This document shows positions 26,117 to 35,800 of a stretch of 39,836 bases of DNA, in pieces. The position numbers were made by a program, and so were the translations under genes. Source of the stretch: Kayfunavirus AN24P4. Each line of letters opens with the position of its first letter. Within the stretch, counting starts at the first letter, position 1. Under the pieces are notes generated by a model that worked only from the letters and a program-made list of their open reading frames with translations, was not told where the DNA came from and made no database searches. The stretch lies in sequence record OZ035739.1. One strand, given 5' to 3'.

Positions 26117-26157
26117 AAACCCCTTGGGTGCCTTCGGGTGCTTGAGGGGTTTTTTGC
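26117..26157 (+). terminator. Tphi-like transcription terminator after the capsid gene
   Basis: aaaccccttgggtgccttcgggtgcttgaggggttttttg closely resembles T7 Tphi (aaccccttgggg...cttgaggggttttttg): GC-rich hairpin plus T6 run. Confidence 0.75.
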
Positions 26158-26271
26158 TTAAGGAGGGACTATGGTCCTTATTTACACAGGGTTAGCACTA
26201 TTCGTCTTATTCTGGGCGTACCTGCTGTCCAGCTCACCGTCTAGCGCCTATGACCGTTAAGGAGTAAACCT

Positions 26272-26838
26272 ATGGCTCAATACATTCCACTGAATGCTAA
26301 CGATGACTTAGACGCCATCAACGATATGTTAGCTGCTATCGGTGAACCAGCAGTCCTACAGCTTGACGAGGGGAACGCTGACGTATCGAACGCTCAACGT
26401 ATCCTGCATCGTGTCAATCGTCAGGTCCAAGCTAAAGGATGGAACTTTAACATTAATGAAGCTGCTGTCCTGACACCTGATGTCCAAGACAACAGGATTC
26501 GATTCTTGCCGTCATACCTTCGTGTAATGACCGCTGGGGCCACCAGCTACTACAGCAACATGGGTGGATACCTGTACGACCTGTCCACTCAGTCCACCAC
26601 TTTCACCGACCCTATCATGGTAGAGCTTGTGGAGATGAAGCCATTCTCCGAGATGCCTGTGGTCTTCAGGGACTACATCGTCACTAAAGCTAGCCGTGAG
26701 TTCAACGCTAAGTTCTTCGGTAGCCCAGAGTCTGAACTGTACCTTCGTGAGCAGGAAGCAGAACTCTATCAGCAGGTCATGGAATACGAGATGGACACTG
26801 GTCGCTACAACATGATGTCCGACATCGGGAGGGACTAA
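26272..26838 (+). CDS. tail tubular protein A (T7 gp11-like)
   Basis: 188 aa; IN.MLAAIGEP.V..L.EGNADV.NA.RIL..VNRQ.QAKGWNFNI.E, GGY.YD...QS, YEMD.G.YNM resemble T7 gp11. Confidence 0.93.
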   Translation: MAQYIPLNANDDLDAINDMLAAIGEPAVLQLDEGNADVSNAQRILHRVNRQVQAKGWNFNINEAAVLTPDVQDNRIRFLPSYLRVMTAGATSYYSNMGGYLYDLSTQSTTFTDPIMVELVEMKPFSEMPVVFRDYIVTKASREFNAKFFGSPESELYLREQEAELYQQVMEYEMDTGRYNMMSDIGRD

Positions 26839-27065
26839 TGGCTAGTCACAACCTGAAGATTCACCGCCAGCACTTTGGTCCGGTACAACTAGGTCTAAAG
26901 ACAGCAGAGCTGAGACTTAACGACCGGGACTTTAAGGTTGGCGACTGGCTTATCCTGAATGAGTGGGACAACGGGTATACTGGACAACAGGTAGCACGTA
27001 AGGTTGTCCACATTGCTGACGTTGGTGACATCGCTGAGGGATACGTCCTAATGAGTATGATTTAA
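26838..27065 (+). CDS. small DUF3850/ASCH-like (PUA-fold) protein inserted between tail tubular genes
   Basis: 75 aa, start overlaps gp11 stop (TAATG), RBS gggaggg; HxLKIxxxxFxPVxxGxKTxELRxNDRDFxVGDxLxLxEW...YTG pattern typical of the small ASCH-like family; no equivalent gene in canonical T7. Confidence 0.6.
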   Translation: MASHNLKIHRQHFGPVQLGLKTAELRLNDRDFKVGDWLILNEWDNGYTGQQVARKVVHIADVGDIAEGYVLMSMI

Positions 27066-27074
27066 GGAGGGCAT

Positions 27075-29432
27075 ATGCCACTAATTACTCAATCAATCAA
27101 GAACCTTAAAGGTGGCATTAGCCAACAGCCTGACATCCTGAGGTTCTCGGACCAAGGCGAGGAACAGGTAAACTGCTGGTCATCAGAGAGTGATGGCCTA
27201 CAGAAGCGTCCACCTACAGTCTTCAAGCGACGTCTTAACATCGACGTTGGGAGCAACCCTAAGTTCCACCTGATTAACCGTGATGAGCAGGAGCAGTATT
27301 ACATCGTGTTCAACGGGTCCAACATTCAGGTAGTTGACTTGAGCGGTAATCAATACTCAGTTTCCGGTGAGGTAGACTACGTTAAGTCGTCCAACCCGCG
27401 AGATGACATCCGTGTCGTTACTGTTGCAGACTATACGTTCGTCGTTAACCGTAAGGTTGTCGTTAAAGGTGGAAGCGATAAGTCACACTCTGGTTATAAT
27501 CGTAAAGCACGCGCTTTAATTAACCTGCGCGGGGGACAGTATGGTCGCACCCTTAAGGTAGGAATCAACGGTGGAGTTAAGGTCTCGCATAAGCTGCCAG
27601 CAGGTAATGATGCCGAGAATGACCCACCTAAGGTGGACGCTCAAGCCATTGGTGCAGCTCTGAGAGACCTTCTTGTTGCTGCCTATCCTACCTTCACGTT
27701 CGACCTTGGGTCTGGCTTCCTGCTAATCACAGCTCCTTCAGGGACCGACATTAACTCAGTGGAGACTGAGGATGGATACGCTAACCAGCTAATCAGCCCA
27801 GTCCTCGACACGGTGCAAACAATCTCTAAGTTGCCTCTTGCGGCTCCAAATGGGTACATCATTAAGATTCAAGGTGAGACCAACAGTAGCGCCGATGAAT
27901 ATTACGTGATGTACGACTCCAACACTAAGACGTGGAAGGAGACAGTAGAGCCGGGAGTGGTCACTGGGTTCGATAACACCACAATGCCACATGCTCTGGT
28001 GAGACAATCTGACGGCTCCTTTGAGTTCAAGACTCTGGACTGGTCCAAGCGTGGTGCTGGTAATGATGACACAAACCCTATGCCTAGCTTCGTGGCATCC
28101 ACGATTAACGATGTGTTCTTCTACAGGAACAGGCTGGGGTTCTTGTCAGGTGAGAACGTAATCATGAGCCGTTCAGCCAGCTACTTTGCGTTCTTCCCTA
28201 AGAGTGTGGCGACACTGAGTGATGATGACCCTATTGATGTAGCTGTAAGTCACCCTCGAATCTCAATCCTTAAGTATGCCGTTCCGTTTAGCGAGCAGCT
28301 ACTACTTTGGTCTGATGAGGTTCAGTTCGTGATGACAAGCTCTGGGGTGCTTACCTCGAAGTCTATCCAGCTTGATGTAGGCTCAGAGTTTGCCTTAGGA
28401 GATAATGCCAGACCGTTCGCTGTAGGACGCTCAGTCTTCTTCTCAGCGCCTCGTGGGTCATTCACCAGCATTAAGCGATACTTCGCTGTAGCAGATGTGT
28501 CTGACGTGAAGGATGCCGATGATACCACTGGTCACGTACTGTCCTATATCCCTAACGGGGTGTTTGACATTCAAGGTACAGGGACTGAGAACTACATCTG
28601 CGTCAACTCTACAGGTGCATACAACCGAATCTACATCTATAAGTTCTTGTTTAAGGACGGCGTACAGCTTCAAGCCTCTTGGTCGCACTGGGAGTTCCCT
28701 AAAGCTGATAAGATTCTGGCGTCTGCTTCGATTGGCTCTACCATGTTCATTGTTCGTCAGCACCAAGGCGGCGTGGACCTTGAGCACCTTAAGTTTATCA
28801 AGGAGGCAACCGACTTTCCGTTAGAGCCATATAGACTCCACGTTGACTCCAAGGTGTCTATGGTAATACCAATTGGCTCATACAACGTTGACACCTATAA
28901 GACTACGGTTGACATTGGTTCTGCTTATGGTGGAAACGCTCCGTCTCCCGGTCGGTACTATCTTATTGACAGTCAGGGTGCCTACGTGGACCTTGGTGAA
29001 TTGACAGACATCTCAACTGTGGCTATACTAAATGGCGATTGGTCAGGACGTACAGTGTTCATAGGACGGTCTTATCTGATGTCCTACAAGTTCTCACGGT
29101 TCCTGATTAAGATTGAAGACGATAGCGGCACTCAGTCTGAAGACACTGGTCGTCTACAACTTCGTCGGGCTTGGGTCAACTACAAGGACACTGGCGCTCT
29201 TAGACTCATTGTCAGAAACGGTGAGCGGGAGTTCGTGAATACCTTTAATGGGTACACCCTTGGTCAGCAGACCATTGGGACTACCAACATTGGTGACGGT
29301 CAGTATCGCTTCGCTATGAATGGTAACGCATTAACCACGAGTCTAACCTTAGAGTCAGATTATCCTACCCCAGTGTCCATCGTTGGCTGTGGCTGGGAGG
29401 CGTCATACGCTAAGAAAGCTCGTTCCGTCTAA
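27075..29432 (+). CDS. tail tubular protein B (T7 gp12-like)
   Basis: 785 aa; N-terminus M.LI.QSIKNLKGGISQQPDILR..DQG...VN.WSSE..GLQKRPP as in T7 gp12. Confidence 0.95.
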   Translation: MPLITQSIKNLKGGISQQPDILRFSDQGEEQVNCWSSESDGLQKRPPTVFKRRLNIDVGSNPKFHLINRDEQEQYYIVFNGSNIQVVDLSGNQYSVSGEVDYVKSSNPRDDIRVVTVADYTFVVNRKVVVKGGSDKSHSGYNRKARALINLRGGQYGRTLKVGINGGVKVSHKLPAGNDAENDPPKVDAQAIGAALRDLLVAAYPTFTFDLGSGFLLITAPSGTDINSVETEDGYANQLISPVLDTVQTISKLPLAAPNGYIIKIQGETNSSADEYYVMYDSNTKTWKETVEPGVVTGFDNTTMPHALVRQSDGSFEFKTLDWSKRGAGNDDTNPMPSFVASTINDVFFYRNRLGFLSGENVIMSRSASYFAFFPKSVATLSDDDPIDVAVSHPRISILKYAVPFSEQLLLWSDEVQFVMTSSGVLTSKSIQLDVGSEFALGDNARPFAVGRSVFFSAPRGSFTSIKRYFAVADVSDVKDADDTTGHVLSYIPNGVFDIQGTGTENYICVNSTGAYNRIYIYKFLFKDGVQLQASWSHWEFPKADKILASASIGSTMFIVRQHQGGVDLEHLKFIKEATDFPLEPYRLHVDSKVSMVIPIGSYNVDTYKTTVDIGSAYGGNAPSPGRYYLIDSQGAYVDLGELTDISTVAILNGDWSGRTVFIGRSYLMSYKFSRFLIKIEDDSGTQSEDTGRLQLRRAWVNYKDTGALRLIVRNGEREFVNTFNGYTLGQQTIGTTNIGDGQYRFAMNGNALTTSLTLESDYPTPVSIVGCGWEASYAKKARSV

Positions 29433-29438
29433 CTTATT

Positions 29439-29491
29439 GAAGGGCCTATAGATTTACCTTAACTATCACTATAGGGACTATAGGCCCTTAA
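29439..29491 (+). promoter_or_regulatory. inverted repeat enclosing the phi13-like promoter (possible RNase III site R13 or read-through attenuator)
   Basis: agggcctatag (29441-29451) and ctataggccct (29478-29488) are exact reverse complements with the promoter in the 26-nt loop. Confidence 0.5.
29457..29479 (+). promoter_or_regulatory. phage RNAP promoter (phi13-like)
   Basis: ccttaactatcactataGGGact; +1 about 29474. Confidence 0.75.
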
Positions 29492-29508
29492 GGTTATAAG
29501 GAGACTTT

Positions 29509-29979
29509 ATGTATATTCGCAAGGCTACGGAACCAGATGTCCACTACTTTCTGTGGCATCTTTCAGCAGATGATGTTAATGAATGCAAAGCAAACTACGG
29601 GTCAACCGTGGGTCTCTCAGAGAGACTGCTTAAGCACCTATCTCCATCATCTGTGGTTTTAACGAACGGTGTAGGTGAAGTGTTTGCCTATGGTGGAAAC
29701 CAAGGGGATAACGTATGGTTCTTGACTTCTGGTCTGGTCTACAAGCTGGGGCCTAAAGAGAAGCGAGAGTTCATAAAGTGTATCTCTGAGTACAGGGACT
29801 TAATGTTAGACCAATACGGGACCATCTGGAACTACGTGTGGTCAGGCAATAAGTCTCACATTAAATTCTTGAAGTTGCTTGGCGCTAAATTCCATGATGA
29901 TTGGACTGTAAGCCCGGTAACTGGTGAGCGTTTTCAACTATTCACTATCTCTAAGGAGGACGTATGTGCGAGCCAGTAA
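29509..29979 (+). CDS. internal virion protein A position (gp13-like)
   Basis: 156-aa ORF with RBS taaggaga directly downstream of the phi13-like promoter and upstream of gp14; assignment by position. Confidence 0.6.
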   Translation: MYIRKATEPDVHYFLWHLSADDVNECKANYGSTVGLSERLLKHLSPSSVVLTNGVGEVFAYGGNQGDNVWFLTSGLVYKLGPKEKREFIKCISEYRDLMLDQYGTIWNYVWSGNKSHIKFLKLLGAKFHDDWTVSPVTGERFQLFTISKEDVCASQ

Positions 29980-30551
29980 GTATCGGCATGGGTATTATGG
30001 CTGTAGCTGGTGCCGCTATGTCCGCTTCTAGTCAGGCCAAAGCTGAGGGTGCTGCTATCGACGCTCAGAACCGTCAGGCTCAGGAGATGGTTAAGCAGAT
30101 GAACTACTCTGACGCCAACCTGAAGATGCAGGAGCGAGACCTGAAGGAGCAGCAGATGGCTGAACTGACAGAGACCACGTTAAACGGTATCCGCAATCAG
30201 GGTATGGTCCGAGCTGCGGTAGCTGAGTCCGGTCTGGAAGGTAACTCTATGGACAGGATTGAACGTCAAGTCGCGGGAGACACAGTCAAGGAGAGAGCCG
30301 GGATTACCGAAAGCTACAACCGTGACTATGCGGCTATCTTCGGGAACCGTATCGCCAACATTGAGAACACCAAGTCTGCTATCCGTGGTCAAGGTAAAAT
30401 CATCAAGACCAGCCCACTAGCTCATGCACTTAATGTTGCTAACGCCGGGATGCAAGGGTACGCTGCTGGCAAGTCAATATCTGGGGCATCAAGCTCCGGT
30501 GGTGCCGCACCGATTAGTGCTGCTAAAGGCACACCTACAGGTCATAGCTAA
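29964..30551 (+). CDS. internal virion protein B (T7 gp14-like)
   Basis: 195 aa; N-terminal MC...hydrophobic AGAAMSA segment, Gln/Ala-rich coiled-coil region and C-terminal A.KGT.TG resemble T7 gp14. Confidence 0.85.
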   Translation: MCEPVSIGMGIMAVAGAAMSASSQAKAEGAAIDAQNRQAQEMVKQMNYSDANLKMQERDLKEQQMAELTETTLNGIRNQGMVRAAVAESGLEGNSMDRIERQVAGDTVKERAGITESYNRDYAAIFGNRIANIENTKSAIRGQGKIIKTSPLAHALNVANAGMQGYAAGKSISGASSSGGAAPISAAKGTPTGHS

Positions 30552-30562
30552 GAGGAGGACTA

Positions 30563-32845
30563 ATGGCTAGTAATATTGAATCAGCTCTGGCTAATCGGAC
30601 TATGGGTCGTGGCAGGGCTCCGGGTAAAACTATCGCCGTCAACTATCAAGCAGCCAGCGTTCAGGCTCCAACTGGTGACTCAGGTCTGGCTCGGGCGTTA
30701 ACCAACTTCGTTGAGTCTGGTACTGGATTATACAAGCAGTTCAAAGACGAGGAGAAGACACGGGCCGACGAGCGGTCTAACGAGATTATCCGTAAGCTGA
30801 CACCTCAGCAAAGACGTGAGGCTATCCAGAACGGTACATTGCTGTATCAGGATGACCCTTACGCTATGGAAGCACTTCGAGTCAAGACGGGCCGTAACGC
30901 TGCCTTTGCGGTTGATGACGAGATTAACGTTAAGATTCAGAACGGTGAGTTCCGTACACGTCAGGACATGGAAGAGTATCGCCACCAGAGACTTCAGGAC
31001 GCCGCTAAGTCCTATGCTGAAGAGGCGGGTATTAACCCTACCGACGAGTTCTTCCAGCGCGGGTTCAACGATAACATCACAGACCGAAACATCGCTATCT
31101 ATGGGTCTTTCAATAAGTATTTCAGCAAGCAGTCTGAAGAGACAGCAATGTTGAACACTCGTATTGAGATGAACTCGTTCCTTAACGATGGGGACCTGAT
31201 GCGTTCGCCTGAGTCTGGAAAGACCTTCATGGCCTACCTTCGGGATGGACTGACGACTGCTGCTATCCCTTCGGACCAGCGAGCACGAGAGGTAATCACC
31301 CAGACGGTCCGTGACGCAATCCAGAAGTCAGGAGGCTCAAACTTCCTACAGCAAGTCCGTGGCGAGCGTATCACCCTTAACGGTATTGATGCTACCATCG
31401 AAGAGATTGTAGGCCCTGACGTCTTCAATGCTGCTGTGGTTGAGGCTCAAGGTACCGAGTACAAGTTGGTGGCTAAGTATCAGGAAGACTTATCGTTAGG
31501 CGTTCAGTCTGCGATTCTTCAGGACGACCCAACCATCGGTCTGGCCCAGATTCAGAAACTCAAGGAGCAGAACAACCTGCTTCAGCCGGGGGAAGAACTC
31601 ACGCCTCAGCGTCAGATGCTTATTAATGCCGAAGCCAGCTTACTGGAAGCGGTCAAGCGTAAGTCTGCTGAACAGGCGAAGGAGAACACTAAGTTAATCC
31701 AGACTCAGAACAAGCAACTGGTCATCGACCAAGTGTATCAGCGACGTCTGGCTGGGGACAACGTGTCCACCAACTATGAGGACCTTCCGGTCTCTGAAGC
31801 TACAGGAGAGTTCAAGCGTTCAGACATGAACAACTATGCGTCTGCAAAGCTACAGCAGATTGACCAGATGGACATCCCTGAGGCTGCTAAGGACGCTCAG
31901 AAGGTGGCATTGTTAAGAGCTGACACTAACAACGGTCCGTTCCGTAATGCATTCCAGACGCTTACTCAGGACGCTGCTGGTGAGTGGCAAGCTGCGGTCA
32001 TCCGTGGACAGTACGACCCAGACAAGATGCAACGCTTCGAGCCTCTTCGTCGTGCCTACACTCAGGACCCTTCAAGTTTTGCTGCTCTGTATCCTGACCA
32101 AGCTCAGTTGTTCTCTACGTTCGACCAGATGGACAAGATGGGTCTGGACCCTCAGACGATGATTGAAGCTGATAAGCAAGCTGCAAGTCAAAGCCGTGAG
32201 ATGCGCATGGAGTCAGACAAGGCGTGGCAGGAGCTGAAGAACGACTCCAAGAACACCCAGTTGTCTCGCCTCCCAACGTCTCTGGACTCAAGTGCTCGTA
32301 AGGTATGGGACTCATGGTACTACCGTACAGGTAACGCTGATGCTGCAACTCAGCAGACTCAACGATGGCTGAATGAAAATACCGTAACGTTCCAGTCTGA
32401 AGGTTCTGACGGTAAGTCCATCGGCATGGTGTCAAAGCACCAGCTTATGGTCGGGGATAACCCAGAGTCGTGGCAGGTTGGTCGAGACATTATCGACACC
32501 GCTCGTAAGCAGCTCATTAAGGCCAACCCTTGGGTAGTGAACTCTCAGTTGTCCGTTGTTGAACAGAACGGCTCTATCTTCCTCCAAGACGCTACAGGGA
32601 CTATTCGTATTCGCTACGATAAAGAACTTGTAGGTAAACTCTACCGCGAACAACAGCAGAAGGCACAAGATGCCGCATACGCTCAGGCAGAACGTGACGC
32701 TAACAAGCGAGCGCGTATCGTCGGGACTAAAGCTGCTGGTGACAAACGTCGAGCTGACCGAGAGGCCAACATCGAGAAGCGCGGAGGGATGTACAATGAC
32801 GTCTCATTGGAGGGTATCGCAAACGTACTAATCGGTAAGGAGTAA
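30563..32845 (+). CDS. internal virion (core) protein C (T7 gp15-like)
   Basis: 760-aa ORF between gp14 and gp16 homologs; size close to T7 gp15. Confidence 0.88.
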   Translation: MASNIESALANRTMGRGRAPGKTIAVNYQAASVQAPTGDSGLARALTNFVESGTGLYKQFKDEEKTRADERSNEIIRKLTPQQRREAIQNGTLLYQDDPYAMEALRVKTGRNAAFAVDDEINVKIQNGEFRTRQDMEEYRHQRLQDAAKSYAEEAGINPTDEFFQRGFNDNITDRNIAIYGSFNKYFSKQSEETAMLNTRIEMNSFLNDGDLMRSPESGKTFMAYLRDGLTTAAIPSDQRAREVITQTVRDAIQKSGGSNFLQQVRGERITLNGIDATIEEIVGPDVFNAAVVEAQGTEYKLVAKYQEDLSLGVQSAILQDDPTIGLAQIQKLKEQNNLLQPGEELTPQRQMLINAEASLLEAVKRKSAEQAKENTKLIQTQNKQLVIDQVYQRRLAGDNVSTNYEDLPVSEATGEFKRSDMNNYASAKLQQIDQMDIPEAAKDAQKVALLRADTNNGPFRNAFQTLTQDAAGEWQAAVIRGQYDPDKMQRFEPLRRAYTQDPSSFAALYPDQAQLFSTFDQMDKMGLDPQTMIEADKQAASQSREMRMESDKAWQELKNDSKNTQLSRLPTSLDSSARKVWDSWYYRTGNADAATQQTQRWLNENTVTFQSEGSDGKSIGMVSKHQLMVGDNPESWQVGRDIIDTARKQLIKANPWVVNSQLSVVEQNGSIFLQDATGTIRIRYDKELVGKLYREQQQKAQDAAYAQAERDANKRARIVGTKAAGDKRRADREANIEKRGGMYNDVSLEGIANVLIGKE

Positions 32846-32849
32846 CATA

Positions 32850-35800
32850 ATGGCGACTCGTGGTATTCGCAATAACAATCCGGGTAACATCCGGGTAAGT
32901 AAGGACCAATGGGAAGGAATGACTGGAGATGATGGCGCATTCGTCACCTTCGATAGTCCAGAGTCTGGCGTCCGAGCTTTAGGTAAAAACCTGCTGTCCT
33001 ACGGTCGCCAAGGTTATGATTCCATCGAGAAGATTATCAACAGATGGGCACCTCCTAACGAGAACGACACTAAGGCTTATATTGACTCAGTGGTGGCTGC
33101 AACTGGTATTCCAGCTACACAGAGTCTCGACCTATCGGACCCTGACACCCTGTCTTCTCTGGCACAAGCTATCAGCTTCCATGAGACAGGCTCACGGTAC
33201 GACCCTGAAGTCTATCAGAAGGGAGTCGCACGGGCACTCAACGGCATTAGCCCAAAGACTCCACCAGTAAGCGCTAACGTATTTGACGCACTCACGGAAG
33301 GACTCAAGGCTAAACCTAAAGTAGCTCTGGGTGAGAACCTTCCGACCGCTGCTGGTCTGAACATTGAGGGTCAAGCACCTGAAGCTCCCAACGAATCGTT
33401 CGGTGAGATGTTCTATAAGGCTACTGGAGAGACCATGCAGGAGCAAGAGGACCGCTCTACGTGGTTCGGTTTCGGTGCGGCTACAGAAGCTGAAGTGAAG
33501 AACTCTATGGTCGGCGTGGCTATACGAGCTGGTCAGACTGAGGACTCACTGGATGTCATTGGCGATGTGTTCAACCCAACCAGATGGAACAACCATAAGT
33601 GGTCTCGTGAGGAGCTAGACCAGATTCGTAACGCTGGGGTTTTGCCTCAGTATTACGGAGTCATTACTGGTGGCTCTCCTCAGAACCTGACCGAGCTTAT
33701 TAACTTGGCGCTTGAGAACCAGAAGTTGGACCAAGAGAAGGCCAAGGCTGGGACTGGTGCTCAACTGGCGGCTGGTGTGATTGGTGCTGGCGTGGACCCT
33801 CTGACCTACGTTCCTATTGCTGGGCAGGTAGGTAAAGGGGGTAAGCTAGTCAACAAGATGTTCACTGTGGCTGCTCAGTCTGGTGCTCTGGCTGGGGCAT
33901 CCGAGATTGCTCGAACCTCAGTTGCTGGTGGGGACGCTCATGTTGCTGAAGCTATCCTTGGTGGTGCTCTCTTCGGTGGTGGCATGACTGCTATCGCTGA
34001 TGGACTAGGCAGAGCCTTAGGTCGCAACACTAATGAGTTTGCTGGTCCAGCTACACGTTTGGAAGCTCGTGAGACCGCTCGTAACGTTGATGGTCAGGAC
34101 CTGTCCCGTCTCCCTATTCAGGAAGGTGAGCAGACCTTTAGTCATCAAGGCGTTAAGTTCGCTGACGTTCCGAATGAGCCGGGAAGTGTACGATTAGAAG
34201 ACGGTTCAATCCTGATTGGTGAGAACCCTCTGAACCCTAAGACACGTCAAGTCTTTGATGAAGTGATTGAGCCGGAACGTGCCGCTGCTGGTGTGAACCT
34301 TGGTGGACTTACCGAGATTGGCCTGAAGCTGCTTCGGTCTGAGAACCCTGAGATTCGTGGAGTAGCTGCTGACTTAGTGCGTTCACCTACTGGTATGCAG
34401 TCTGGGGCCTCAGGTAAAATCGGGACAACTGCGTCAGACGTGTTCGAGAGACTTCGTTCTGTGGACCATCGGTTCTACAACGACATCGACGATGCGGTTA
34501 CTGAGGCACTAAAGGACCCGTACTTCCAGACTGCATTCTGGCGAGACTCTGGCGCATTCCGTCAGGACATCTACCAGCGTGTGTCTATGGCTATCGAAGA
34601 TGGTAGCGGAAACCTGAAGGCTGAACTTACTCCGGGAGAACTGAAAGTCTATGACCTACTGAAGAACCAGTTTGACGCCAAGCGTGAGATGATGGAGAAC
34701 CCGTCTATGTTTGGGCGTCAAGACGCTCAGTCTATCTTTCCGGGTAGCCGCTTCAAGGGAACCTACGTCCCTCATGTGTATAGCAAACAGATGAAGGAGC
34801 TGTACACCAAGGAGCTTGGGAGTCCAGAGGCGTTGCAGGAGGTCATCAAGAAGTCATGGTTGACCAGCTATGCGTCTCGACCTGAGGTCAAGAAACGTGT
34901 GGACGAGGCACTCTTAGAGGCTGACCCTACGTTGACTCCAGAAGGACTTGCGGCTGCGGTCGATAAGTACGCCAACGATAAGGCTTATGGTATCTCTCAC
35001 ACCGAGCAGTTCGAGCGTTCATCCGTAATGGAGGAGAACATCAACGGGCTGGTGGGTCTGGAGAACAACAGCTTCCTTGAGGCTCGTAACCTGTTCGATA
35101 GCGATATGTCAATCGTTCTTCCTAACGGTCAGACCTTCAGTGTCAACAACCTGCGTGAGTGGGACATGGACAAGATTGTCCCGGCCTACAACCGTCGAGT
35201 TAATGGTGATATTGCTATCATGGCTGGTACGGGCAAGACCACGAAGGAAATGAAGGACTTAGTTGAGACCATGATGAACAAGGCTGGCGATGACGGAAAG
35301 TTGAAAGGTGAAGTATCTACCTTACGTGACACCCTGAAGATTCTCACTGGTCGTGCTCGACGTGATGGTGCTGATGATGCGGCCTTCGCTACCGTGATGC
35401 GCACGATGACAGACCTATCGTTCTTCGCTAAGAATGCCTACATGGGTGTTCAGAACTTAACGGAGATTGGTGGTATGCTGGCTCGTGGTAACGTTCGTGC
35501 ACTGCTACACGGAGTACCGATGTTCCGTGACCTAGCCTTCCGTAACAAGAAGGTCGGGGCCTCGGAGATTAAGGACCTGCATAATGTTATCTTCGGTAAA
35601 GAATTGGACGACTCAATCCGTCCGTCTAAACAGGATGTTATCGACCGTCTGCGATCTTACAGTGACCTTAGTCGTGGTACAGCTACAGCTCTGGGGACTG
35701 CTAAGTATTACACTGGTGAACTTGCAGTACGCTCTCCGTTCACTAAAGTCCTCAACGGTACGACCAACTACCTGTTAGATGCTGGACGTCAAGGCTTCCT

